Program-made: the position numbers and the translations under genes
NCBI GenBank assembly: GCA_965235115.1
Contig: OZ249436.1
Location: forward strand, 25,360,001 to 25,424,000
Reading direction: 5' to 3'
DNA from: Laetmonice hystrix
Taxonomy: Eukaryota
Length of the DNA stretch: 64,000 nucleotides
In this document: positions 26,001 through 39,500 of the stretch, piece by piece
Numbering within the stretch: position 1 is the first letter of the stretch
How the letters are laid out: each line of letters begins with the position of its first letter
The notes under the pieces: generated by a model
Databases searched by the model: none
The model's input: the letters and a program-made list of their open reading frames with translations, nothing else
Told to the model about the DNA's origin: nothing

Positions 26001-29000
26001 AATTCAGGCCTAGAACCCACCTCTCTCTACCAATATCATGCACCTAGTCCGTATACGAGGTTGTAATTTACTTTAATCAACGGGCTGCGCCGCAGCAACC
26101 CACTCTGGTCTTTGCAATCTTTTTCAATATGCGTTAACATTTGTAACCAGCTCAACGCGCCTTGTAAAATTTTTCAAAGTGCGTAAAAGTGTGTGTCCAC
26201 CCCGACACGCTTTCCAAACCACTATACCCACCGAGCGACATCCACTCAAATACAGGCTTCGACCGATCCTCACTGTGCCAATAATCCGCCACAAGGCAAA
26301 TTCAGTCAATGCAAGCTGGAAAATCGAATGTCAAACCTAATGCTCCCCCCCCAGCACGTTAACTGAAAATAATCAACTAGCTTGAAAACTAGAATATAGC
26401 TTTGTTAAGCTAACAATCTACTCTCCCAGCGCCATCAACTCGCATACAGGCGTAAAAGCAAACGCACTGCCCCATATAATGCTCCCAGCCTAAAACGATG
26501 TTGCAATTAATTTAAAATTAACAAGATGCACTAGTAATCCGATCCAAGCCTAATTACGTCATTGCTAGTTTCATAACCAAATCTTACAGAAAATACCCCA
26601 CCCGCGCACATAACCTAAAAATATTCAACTTTTATCTCCAATGTATCCCTGTGCACCTAGTAGCACCCAAGCGGGCCCAATTTTGACATTCCAACACAAA
26701 TACCGCAAATACCCGCCTAATGGCACAAAAAACTTTCTACCCCGTTGCAAGTCACATTAGCTTGCTGCTTGTCGTAAAAAATGGTGCAGACCATTTCTAA
26801 AGTCACAGTACCCCACTCTCGGCCTAATATTACGTTTCAGTATCCATATACGCTGCAAGCGGCAAGAACTCGAATACAGGCCTAAAAGTAACCCCAGTCT
26901 AGCAATATCATACTCTCATGCCATATACGAGCTTGTAATTATCTTTAATTAATGGGCTCCGCAGCACCAACCCACTGCATTAACATTTGTTTAACAGCTT
27001 AACGCACCTTGTAAAAAATGTTCAAGTGCGTAAAAATGCGTGTCCACCTCCACATACTTTAAAAATCACTATACCCACCCAGCGACATTCACTCTAATAC
27101 ACGCCTAAGAGGAACTTCACTGTCCCATTTGATTCTCCAGCACGTATAGGATGTTTCAAGTAACATTCATCCACGGTCTGGCCCAATAACGTGCAACAAG
27201 GCATAGTAAGTCAATGCGAGCTCGCATGTCAAACCTAACCCGCCCCCCAGCACATGAGCTGAAAATATTTAAATAGCTTGAAAACTAGAATATAGCTTTG
27301 CTTAATACCATTATACCATCAACTCGCATTACAGGCCTAATGCGAAGCTCCCAGCCTAAAACGAGTTTCCAATTAATTTAAAGTTAACAAGATGCACTAA
27401 TAATCGATTCCAAGCCTAATTAGGCCATTGCTAGTTGGATAACCAAATCTCATACAAAATACACCCTCCCGGCAGATGACCTGAGAATATTCAACTCTTA
27501 TGTCCGATATATCCCTGTCCGCTTAGTAGCACCCAGCCGGGCCCCCATTTTGACATTGCAACACCAATACACCAAGTGCCCAGCTAACAGCACAAATAAC
27601 AGGATTCAGGGCTTCCTACCACGTTACAAGTCACAATAGATTGCTGCCTGTCGTAAAAATATACCAGACCATTTTAAAAAGTCACAGAACCCTAATCCGG
27701 CCCTAATATGTCACTCCCAGTACCAATACACTCTGTAAGCACCATCAACTGAAATTCAGGCCTAGAACCCACCTCTCTCTACCAATATCATGCACCTAGT
27801 CCGTATACGAGGTTGTAATTTCCTTTAATCAACGGGCTGCGCCGCAGCAACCCACTCTGGTCTTTGCAATCTTTTTCAATATGCGTTAACATTTGTGACC
27901 AGCTCAACGCGCCTTGTAAAATTTTTCAAAGTGCGTAAAAGTGTGTGTCCACCCCGACACGCTTTCCAAACCACTATACCCACCGAGCGACATCCACTCA
28001 AATACAGGCTTCGACCGATCCTCACTGTGCCAATAATCCGCCACAAGGCAAATTCAGTCAATGCAAGCTGGAAAATCGAATGTCAAACCTAATACTCCCC
28101 CCCCCCAGCACGTTAACTGAAAATAATCAACTAGCTTGAAAACTAGAATATAGCTTTGTTTAGCTAACAATCTACTCTCCCAGCGCCATGAACTCGCATA
28201 CAGGCGTAAAAGCAAACGCACTGCCCCATATAATGCTCCCAGCCTAAAACGATGTTGCAATTAATTTAAAATTAACAAGATGCACTAGTAATCCGATCCA
28301 AGCTTAATTACGTCATTGCTAGTTTCATAACCAAATCTCACAGAAAATACCCCACCCGCGCACATAACCTGAAAATATTCAACTTTTATCTCCAATGTAT
28401 CCCTGTGCACCTAGTAGCACCCAAGCGGGCCCAATTTTGACATTCCAACACAAATACCGCAAATACCCGCCTAATGGCACAAAAAACTTTCTACCCCGTT
28501 GCAAGTCACATTAGCTTGCTGCTTGTCGTAAAAAATGGTGCAGACCATTTCTAAAGTCACAGTACCCCACTCCCGGCCTAATATTACGTTTCAGTATCCA
28601 TATACGCTGCAAGCGGCAAGAACTCGAATACAGGCCTAAAAGTAACCCCAGTCTAGCAATATCATACTCTCATGCCATATACGAGCTTGTAATTATCTTT
28701 AATTAATGGGCTCCGCAGCACCAACCCACTGCATTAACATTTGTTTAACAGCTTAACGCACCTTGTAAAAAATTTTCAAGTGCGTAAAAATGCGTGTCCA
28801 CCTTCACATACTTTAAAAATCACTATACCCACCCAGCGACATTCACTCTAATACACGCCTAAGAGGAACTTCACTGTCCCATTTGATTCTCCAGCACGTA
28901 TAGGATGTTTCAAGTAACATTCATCCACGGTCTGGCCCAATAACGTGCAACAAGGCATAGTAAGTCAATGCGAGCTCGCATGTCAAACCTAACCCGCCCC

Positions 29001-32000
29001 CCAGCACATGAGCTGAAAATATTCAAATAGCTTGAAAACTAGAATATAGCTTTGCTTAATACCATTATACCATCAACTCGCATTACAGGCCTAATGCGAA
29101 GCTCCCAGCCTAAAACGAGTTTCCAATTAATTTAAAGTTAACAACATGCACTAATAATCGATTCCAAGCCTAATTAGGCCATTGCTAGTTGGATAACCAA
29201 ATCTCATACAAAATACACCCTCCCGGCAGATGACCTGAGAATATTCAACTCTTATGTCCGATATATCCCTGTCCGCTTTGTAGCACCCAGCCGGGCCCCC
29301 ATTTTGACATTGCAACACCAATACAGCAAGTGCCCAGCTAACAGCACAAATAACAGGATTCAGGGCTTCCTACCACGTTACAAGTCACAATAGATTGCTG
29401 CCTGTCGTAAAAATATACCAGACCATTTTAAAAAGTCACAGAACCCCAATCCGGCCCTAATATGTCACTCCCAGTACCAATACACTCTGGAAGCACCATC
29501 AACTGAAATTCAGGCCTAGAACCCACCTCTCTCTACCAATATCATGCACCTAGTCCGTATACGAGGTTGTAATTTCCTTTAATCAACGGGCTGCGCCGCA
29601 GCAACCCACTCTGGTCTTTGCAATCTTTTTCAATATGCGTTAACATTTGTAACCAGCTCAACGCGCCTTGTAAAATTTTTCAAAGTGCGTAAAAGTGTGT
29701 GTCCACCCCGACACGCTTTCCAAACCACTATACCCACCGAGCGACATCCACTCAAATACAGGCTTCGACCGATCCTCACTGTGCCAATAATCCGCCACAA
29801 GGCAAATTCAGTCAATGCAAGCTGGAAAATCGAATGTCAAACCTAATACTCCCCCCCCAGCACGTTAACTGAAAATAATCAACTAGCTTGAAAACTAGAA
29901 TATAGCTTTGTTTAGCTAACAATCTACTCTCCCAGCGCCATCAACTCGCATACAGGCGTAAAAGCAAACGCACTGCCCCATATAATGCTCCCAGCCTAAA
30001 ACGATGTTGCAATTAATTTAAAATTAACAAGATGCACTAGTAATCCGATCCAAGCTTAATTACGTCATTGCTAGTTTCATAACCAAATCTCACAGAAAAT
30101 ACCCCACCCGGGCACATACCTGAAAATATTCAACTTTTATCTCCAATGTATCCCTGTGCACCTAGTAGCACCCAAGCGGGCCCAATTTTGACATCCCAAC
30201 ACAAATACCGCAAATACCCGCCTAATGGCACAAAAAAATTTCTACCCCGTTGCAAGTCACATTAGCGTGCTGCTTGTCGTAAAAAATGGTGCAGACCATT
30301 TCTAAAGTCACAGTACCCCACTCCCGGCCTAATATTACGTTTCAGTATCCATATACGCTGCAAGCGGCAGGAACTCGAATACAGGCCTAAAAGTAACCTC
30401 AGTCTAGCAATATCATACTCCCATGCCATATACGAGCTTGTAATTATCTTTAATTAATGGGCTCCGCAGCACCAACCCACTGCATTAACATTTGTTTAAC
30501 AGCTTAACGCACCTTGTAAAATTTTTTCAAGTGCGTAAAAATGCGTGTCCACCTCCACATACTTTAAAAATCACTATACCCACCCAGCGACATCCACTCT
30601 AATACACGCCTAAAAGGAACTTCACTGTCCCATTTGATTCTCCAGCACGTATAGGATGTTTCAAGTAACATTCATCCACGGTCTGGCCCAATAACGTGCA
30701 ACAAGGCATAGTAAGTCAATGCGAGCTCGCATGTCAAACCTAACCCGCCCCCCAGCACATGAGCTGAAAATATTCAAATAGCTTGAAAACTAGAATATAG
30801 CTTTGCTTAATACCATTATACCATCAACTCGCATTACAGGCCTAATGCGAAGCTCCCAGCCTAAAACGAGTTTCCAATTAATTTAAAGTTAACAACATGC
30901 ACTAATAATCGATTCCAAGCCTAATTAGGCCATTGCTAGTTGGATAACCAAATCTCATACAAAATACACCCTCCCGGCAGATGACCTGAGAATATTCAAC
31001 TCTTATGTCCGATATATCCCTGTCCGCTTAGTAGCACCCAGCCGGGCCCCCATTTTGACATTGCAACACCAATACAGCAAGTGCCCAGCTAACAGCACAA
31101 ATAACAGGATTCAGGGCTTCCTCCACGTTACAAGTCACAATAGATTGCTGCCTGTCGTAAAAATATACCAGACCATTTTAAAAAGTCACAGGACCCCAAT
31201 CCGGCCCTAATATGTCACTCCCAGTACCAATACACGCTGGAAGCACCATCAACTGAAATTCAGGCCTAGAACCCACCTCTCTCTACCAATATCATGCACC
31301 TAGTCCGTATACGAGGTTGTAATTTACTTTAATCAACGGGCTGCGCCGCAGCAACCCACTCTGGTCTTTGCAATCTTTTTCAATATGCGTTAACATTTGT
31401 AACCAGCTCAACGCGCCTTGTAAAATTTTTCAAAGTGCGTAAAAGTGTGTGTCCACCCCGACACGCTTTCCAAACCACTATACCCACCGAGCGACATCCA
31501 CTCAAATACAGGCTTCGACCGATCCTCACTGTGCCAATAATCCGACACAAGGCAAATTCAGTCAATGCAAGCTGGAAAATCGAATGTCAAACCTAATGCT
31601 CCCCCCCCCCCAGCACGTTAACTGAAAATAATCAACTAGCTTGAAAACTAGAATATAGCTTTGTTAAGCTAACAATCTACTCTCCCAGCGCCATCAACTC
31701 GCCTACAGGCGTAAAAGCAAACGCACTGCCCCATATAATGCTCCCAGCCTAAAACGATGTTGCAATTAATTTAAAATTAACAAGATGCACTAGTAATCCG
31801 ATCCAAGCCTAATTACGTCATTGCTAGTTTCATAACCAAATCTTACAGAAAATACCCCACCCGCGCACATAACCTGAAAATATTCAACTTTTATCTCCAA
31901 TGTATCCCTGTGCACCTAGTAGCACCCAAGCGGGCCCAATTTTGACATTCCAACACAAATACCGCAAATACCCGCCTAATGGCACAAAAAACTTTCTACC

Positions 32001-35000
32001 CCGTTGCAAGTCACATTAGCTTGCTGCTTGTCGTAAAAAATGGTGCAGACCATTTCTAAAGTCACAGTACCCCACTCCCGGCCTAATATTACGTTTCAGT
32101 ATCCATATACGCTGCAAGCGACAGGAACTCGAATACAGGCCTAAAAGTAACCCCAGTCTAGCAATATCATACTCTCATGCCATATACGAGCTTGTAATTA
32201 TCTTTAATTAATGGGCTCCGCAGCACCAACCCACTGCATTAACATTTGTTTAACAGCTTAACGCACCTTGTAAAAAATGTTCAAGTGCGTAAAAATGCGT
32301 GTCCACCTCCACATACTTTAAAAATCACTATACCCACCCAGCGACATTCACTCTAATACACGCCTAAGAGGAACTTCACTGTCCCATTTGATTCTCCAGC
32401 ACGTATAGGATGTTTCAAGTAACATTCATCCACGGTCTGGCCCAATAACGTGCAACAAGGCATAGTAAGTCAATGCGAGCTCGCATGTCAAACCTAACCC
32501 GCCCCCCAGCACATGAGCTGAAAATATTCAAATAGCTTGAAAACTAGAATATAGCTTTGCTTAATACCATTATACCATCAACTCGCATTACAGGCCTAAT
32601 GCGAAGCTCCCAGCCTAAAACGAGTTTCCAATTAATTTAAAGTTAACAAGATGCACTAATAATCGATTCCAAGCCTAATTAGGCCATTGCTAGTTGGATA
32701 ACCAAATCTCATACAAAATACACCCTCCCGGCAGATGACCTGAGAATATTCAACTCTTATGTCCGATATATCCCTGTCCGCTTAGTAGCACCCAGCCGGG
32801 CCCCCATTTTGACATTGCAACACCAATACAGCAAGTGCCCAGCTAACAGCACAAATAACAGGATTCAGGGCTTCCTACCACGTTACAAGTCACAATAGAT
32901 TGCTGCCTGTCGTAAAAATATACCAGACCATTTTAAAAAGTCACAGAACCCCAATCCGGCCCTAATATGTCACTCCCAGTACCAATAGACGCTGGAAGCA
33001 CCATCAACTGAAATTCAGGCCTAGAACCCACCTCTCTCTACCAATATCATGCACCTAGTCCGTATACGAGGTTGTAATTTACTTTAATCAACGGGCTGCG
33101 CCGCAGCAACCCACTCTGGTCTTTGCAATCTTTTTCAATATGCGTTAACATTTGTGACCAGCTCAACGCGCCTTGTAAAATTTTTCAAAGTGCGTAAAAG
33201 TGTGTGTCCACCCCGACACGCTTTCCAAACCACTATACCCACCGAGCGACATCCACTCAAATACAGGCTTCGACCGATCCTCACTGTGCCAATAATCCGC
33301 CACAAGGCAAATTCAGTCAATGCAAGCTGGAAAATCGAATGTCAAACCTAATACTCCCCCCCCCACCACGTTAACTGAAAATAATCAACTAGCTTGAAAA
33401 CTAGAATATAGCTTTGTTTAGCTAACAATCTACTCTCCCAGCGCCATCAACTCGCATACAGGCGTAAAAGCAAACGCACTGCCCCATATAATGCTCCCAG
33501 CCTAAAACGATGTTGCAATTAATTTAAAATTAACAAGATGCACTAGTAATCCGATCCAAGCTTAATTACGTCATTGCTAGTTTCATAACCAAATCTCACA
33601 GAAAATACCCCACCCGGGCACATAACCTGAAAATATTCAACTTTTATCTCCAATGTATCCCTGTGCACCTAGTAGCACCCAAGCGGGCCCAATTTTGACA
33701 TTCCAACACAAATACCGCAAATACCCGCCTAATGGCACAAAAAAATTTCTACCCCGTTGCAAGTCACATTAGCGTGCTGCTTGTCGTAAAAAATGGTGCA
33801 GACCATTTCTAAAGTCACAGTACCCCACTCCCGGCCTAATATTACGTTTCAGTATCCATATACGCTGCAAGCGGCAGGAACTCGAATACAGGCCTAAAAG
33901 TAACCTCAGTCTAGCAATATCATACTCCCATGCCATATACGAGCTTGTAATTATCTTTAATTAATGGGCTCCGCAGCACCAACCCACTGCATTAACATTT
34001 GTTTAACAGCTTAACGCACCTTGTAAAATTTTTTCAAGTGCGTAAAAATGCGTGTCCACCTCCACATACTTTAAAAATCACTATACCCACCCAGCGACAT
34101 CCACTCTAATACACGCCTAAAAGGAACTTCACTGTCCCATTTGATTCTCCAGCACGTATAGGATGTTTCAAGTAACATTCATCCACGGTCTGGCCCAATA
34201 ACGTGCAACAAGGCATAGTAAGTCAATGCGAGCTCGCATGTCAAACCTAACCCGCCCCCCAGCACATGAGCTGAAAATATTCAAATAGCTTGAAAACTAG
34301 AATATAGCTTTGCTTAATACCATTATACCATCAACTCGCATTACAGGCCTAATGCGAAGCTCCCAGCCTAAAACGAGTTTCCAATTAATTTAAAGTTAAC
34401 AAGATGCACTAATAATCGATTCCAAGCCTAATTAGGCCATTGCTAGTTGGATAACCAAATCTCATACAAAATACACCCTCCCGGCAGATGACCTGAGAAT
34501 ATTCAACTCTTATGTCCGATATATCCCTGTCCGCTTAGTAGCACCCAGCCGGGCCCCCATTTTGACATTGCAACACCAATACAGCAAGTGCCCAGCTAAC
34601 AGCACAAATAACAGGATTCAGGGCTTCCTCCACGTTACAAGTCACAATAGATTGCTGCCTGTCGTAAAAATATACCAGACCATTTTAAAAAGTCACAGGA
34701 CCCCAATCCGGCCCTAATATGTCACTCCCAGTACCAATACACGCTGGAAGCACCATCAACTGAAATTCAGGCCTAGAACCCACCTCTCTCTACCAATATC
34801 ATGCACCTAGTCCGTATACGAGTTTGTAATTTACTTTAATCAATGGGCTGCGCCGCAGCAACCCACTCTGGTCTTTGCAATCTTTTTCAATATGCGTTAA
34901 CATTTGTAACCAGCTCAACGCGCCTTGTAAAATTTTTCAAAGTGCGTAAAAGTGTGTGTCCACCCCGACACGCTTTCCAAACCACTATACCCACCGAGCG

Positions 35001-35711
35001 ACATCCACTCAAATACAGGCTTCGACCGATCCTCACTGTGCCAATAATCCGCCACAAGGCAAATTCAGTCAATGCAAGCTGGAAAATCGAATGTCAAACC
35101 TAATGCCCCCCCCCCAGCACGTTAACTGAAAATAATCAACTAGCTTGAAAACTAGAATATAGCTTTGTTTAGCTAACAATCTACTCTCCCAGCGCCATCA
35201 ACTCGCATACAGGCGTAAAAGCAAACGCACTGCCCCATATAATGCTCCCAGCCTAAAACGATGTTGCAATTAATTTAAAATTAACAAGATGCACTAGTAA
35301 TCCGATCCAAGCCTAATTACGTCATTGCTAGTTTCATAACCAAATCTCACAGAAAATACCCCACCCGCGCACATAACCTGAAAATATTCAACTTTTATCT
35401 CCAATGTATCCCTGTGCACCTAGTAGCACCCAAGCGGGCCCAATTTTGACATTCCAACACAAATACCGCAAATACCCGCCTAATGGCACAAAAAACTTTC
35501 TACCCCGTTGCAAGTCACATTAGCTTGCTGCTTGTCGTAAAAAATGGTGCAGACCATTTCTAAAGTCACAGTACCCCACTCCCGGCCTAATATTACGTTT
35601 CAGTATCCATATACGCTGCAAGCGGCAGGAACTCGAATACAGGCCTAAAAGTAACCCCAGTCTAGCAATATCATACTCTCATGCCATATACGAGCTTGTA
35701 ATTATCTTTAA

Positions 35712-36542
35712 TTTATGCAGGCAACACTCGGAAACAGATAATGTTGTTATTTGGGCAACACCCGTTTATTATAATATTAAAAATATAAGTTGGACAGTGA
35801 GCCCACACTGCACGTGTCCAACATTAATTAAAGGTTTAGGACAATTAGGTTATTTCTGAACAGAAAGGGTGTCACCATCCCATTTATGACAATGAGCCCA
35901 CACTGCATTGTCATGGGAATAGATATGGTAGAAAATTACAACTAACGGTAACAATAAGTAAATGTCCATGAATTGGTATTACTCTTGACAGTGAGCCCCC
36001 ACTGCACCGTCTCGAAACCATTAATGTCCCATTTTTGACAATGAGCCCACACTGCATTGTCATGGGAATAGATATGGTAGAAAATTACAACTAACGGTAA
36101 CAATAAGTAAATGTCCATGAATTGGTATTACTCTTGACAGTGAGTCCACACTGCACCGTCTCGAAACCATTAATGTCTATGTTCCCAAATCTAAAAATAG
36201 GAACATTATCGTTCAAAAATATGTGTTAAAGGGTTAAAAATGTGTTGAACAGTTAAATGTGAGTGGCGATGCAGAGCGCATCAAACAGATGGCCCAAGGC
36301 GGCAGGTGGGGCGGTGGAGGCACTGAAAACCGTTACCCTGCGTGTCTTGAAGAAAGTGGGAAGATTCAAGGACAACGTCACGGTCGTCAACCGGTTGCGG
36401 CATGATGCATGATGGGATTCGGCGTGACATAATTATTCAACACATGACCCAGAAAGTTGTTGCCATGACGGCGCTGATTCAGACAGTAGGCCTCTCGTGT
36501 TTTCCTGCATAAAATTCGTTGAACCTTCGGTTACAACGTGCC
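35712..36542 (+). mobile_element. Non-autonomous Helentron-type element (HINE / DINE-1-like), 831 bp, copy 1
   Basis: Left end TTTATGCAGG(CAACAC) is inverted to subterminal (GTGTTTT)CCTGCATAAA at 36497-36513. A stem-loop CGTTGAACC-TTC-GGTTACAACG follows at 36517-36538. Inserted in CTTTAA^TTAATGGG with no net duplication (ends ambiguous by 1-2 T). Internal tandem repeats present. Strand follows the DINE-1 convention (stem-loop at 3' end). Confidence 0.8.
35878..36177. repeat. 2 x 149-bp internal tandem repeat of the HINE-like element
   Basis: TCCCATTT(A/T)TGACAATGAGCCCACACTG...GAAACCATTAATGTC starts at 35878 and 36027, with only a few substitutions. Confidence 0.95.
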
Positions 36543-39500
36543 TTAATGGGCTCCGCAGCACCAACCCACTGCATTAACATTTGTTTAACAGCTTAACGCA
36601 CCTTGTAAAAAATTTTCAAGTGCGTAAAAATGCGTGTCCACCTCCACATACTTTAAAAATCACTATACCCACCCAGCGACATTCACTCTAATACACGCCT
36701 AAGAGGAACTTCACTGTCCCATTTGATTCTCCAGCACGTATAGGATGTTTCAAGTAACATTCATCCACGGTCTGGCCCAATAACGTGCAACAAGGCATAG
36801 TAAGTCAATGCGACCTCGCATGTCAAACCTAACCCGCCCCCCAGCACATGAGGTGGAGATATTCAAATAGCTTGAAAACTAGAATATAGCTTTGCTTAAT
36901 ACCATTATACCATCAACTCGCATTACAGGCCTAATGCGAAGCTCCCAGCCTAAAACGAGTTTCCAATTAATTTAAAGTTAACAAGATGCACTAATAATCG
37001 ATTCCAAGCCTAATTAGGCCATTGCTAGTTGGATAACCAAATCTCATACAAAATACACCCTCCCGGCAGATGACCTGAGAATATTCAACTCTTATGTCCG
37101 ATATATCCCTGTCCGCTTAGTAGCACCCAGCCGGGCCCCCATTTTGACATTGCAACACCAATACAGCAAGTGCCCAGCTAACAGCACAAATAACAGGATT
37201 CAGGGCTTCCTACCACGTTACAAGTCACAATAGATTGCTGCCTGTCGTAAAAATATACCAGACCATTTTAAAAAGTCACAGAACCCCAATCCGGCCCTAA
37301 TATGTCACTCCCAGTACCAATACACTCTGGAAGCACCATCAACTGAAATTCAGGCCTAGAACCCACCTCTCTCTACCAATATCATGCACCTAGTCCGTAT
37401 ACGAGGTTGTAATTTCCTTTAATCAACGGGTTGCGCCGCAGCAACCCACTCTGGTCTTTGCAATCTTTTTCAATATGCGTTAACATTTGTGACCAGCTCA
37501 ACGCGCCTTGTAAAATTTTTCAAAGAGCGTAAAAGTGTGTGTCCACCCCGTCACGCTTTCCAAACCACTATACCCACCGAGCGACATCCACTCAAATACA
37601 GGCTTCGACCGATCCTCACTGTGCCAATAATCCGCCACAAGGCAAATTCAGTCAATGCAAGCTGGAAAATCGAATGTCAAACCTAATGCTCCCCCCCCCC
37701 AGCACGTTAACTGAAAATAATCAACTAGCTTGAAAACTAGAATATAGCTTTGTTTAGCTAACAATCTACTCTCCCAGCGCCATCAACTCGCATACAGGCG
37801 TAAAAGCAAACGCACTGCCCCATATAATGCTCCCAGCCTAAAACGATGTTGCAATTAATTTAAAATTAACAAGATGCACTAGTAATCCGATCCAAGCCTA
37901 ATTACGTCATTGCTAGTTTCATAACCAAATCTCACAGAAAATACCCCACCCGCGCACATAACCTGAAAATATTCAACTTTTATCTCCAATGTATCCCTGT
38001 GCACCTAGTAGCACCCAAGCGGGCCCAATTTTGACATTCCAACACAAATACCGCAAATACCCGCCTAATGGCACAAAAAACTTTCTACCCCGTTGCAAGT
38101 CACATTAGCTTGCTGCTTGTCGTAAAAAATGGTGCAGACCATTTCTAAAGTCACAGTACCCCACTCCCGGCCTAATATTACGTTTCAGTATCCATATACG
38201 CTGCAAGCGGCAGGAACTCGAATACAGGCCTAAAAGTAACCCCAGTCTAGCAATATCATACTCTCATGCCATATACGAGCTTGTAATTATCTTTAATTAA
38301 TGGGCTCCGCAGCACCAACCCACTGCATTAACATTTGTTTAACAGCTTAACGCACCTTGTAAAAAATTTTCAAGTGCGTAAAAATGCGTGTCCACCTCCA
38401 CATACTTTAAAAATCACTATTTGATTCTCCAGCACGTATAGGATGTTTCAAGTAACATTTATCCACGGTCTGGCCCAACAACGTGCAACAAGGCATAGTA
38501 AGTCAATGCGAGCTCGCATGTCAAACCTAACCCGCCCCCCAGCACATGAGCTGAAAATATTCAAATAGCTTGAAAACTAGAATATAGCTTTGCTTAATAC
38601 CATTATACCATCAACTCGCATTACAGGCCTAATGCGAAGCTCCCAGCCTAAAACGAGTTTCCAATTAATTTAAAGTTAACAAGATGCACTAATAATCGAT
38701 TCCAAGCCTAATTAGGCCATTGCTAGTTGGATAACCAAATCTCATACAAAATACACCCTCCCGGCAGATGACCTGAGAATATTCAACTCTTATGTCCGAT
38801 ATATCCCTGTCCGCTTAGTAGCACCCAGCCGGGCCCCCATTTTGACATTGCAACACCAATACAGCAAGTGCCCAGCTAACAGCACAAATAACAGGATTCA
38901 GGGCTTCCTACCACGTTACAAGTCACAATAGATTGCTGCCTGTCGTAAAAATATACCAGACCATTTTAAAAAGTCACAGAACCCCAATCCGGCCCTAATA
39001 TGTCACTCCCAGTACCAATAGACGCTGGAAGCACCATCAACTGAAATTCAGGCCTAGAACCCACCTCTCTCTACCAATATCATGCACCTAGTCCGTATAC
39101 GAGGTTGTAATTTACTTTAATCAACGGGCTGCGCCGCAGCAACCCACTCTGGTCTTTGCAATCTTTTTCAATATGCGTTAACATTTGTGACCAGCTCAAC
39201 GCGCCTTGTAAAATTTTTCAAAGTGCGTAAAAGTGTGTGTCCACCCCGACACGCTTTCCAAACCACTATACCCACCGAGCGACATCCACTCAAATACAGG
39301 CTTCGACCGATCCTCACTGTGCCAATAATCCGCCACAAGGCAAATTCAGTCAATGCAAGCTGGAAAATCGAATGTCAAACCTAATACTCCCCCCCCAGCA
39401 CGTTAACTGAAAATAATCAACTAGCTTGAAAACTAGAATATAGCTTTGTTTAGCTAACAATCTACTCTCCCAGCGCCATCAACTCGCATACAGGCGTAAA

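Noticed and set aside
35886..35914. Iron-responsive element or RAG recombination signal (minus-strand loop starts CAGTGT)
   Set aside because: The loop is 11 nt rather than the 6-nt IRE loop on a 5-bp upper stem with a bulged C. The sequence is not the CACAGTG heptamer and no nonamer is evident.
35789..36160. CRISPR array (palindromic repeats with spacers)
   Set aside because: Spacing is irregular (95, 99, 50, 99 bp), one spacer is duplicated, the repeats differ in their stems, no cas genes are present and the context is a eukaryotic-type transposon in satellite DNA.
35708..36546. piggyBac-type insertion with TTAA TSD
   Set aside because: TTAA flanks both sides, but empty units already read TTAATTAA, so nothing was duplicated; the inverted repeat is subterminal on the right.
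36562..36576. Satellite CCCACTGCATT resembles the element's CCCACACTGCATT hairpin motif near the insertion site
   Set aside because: A short gapped match with no stem; it cannot be told from chance.
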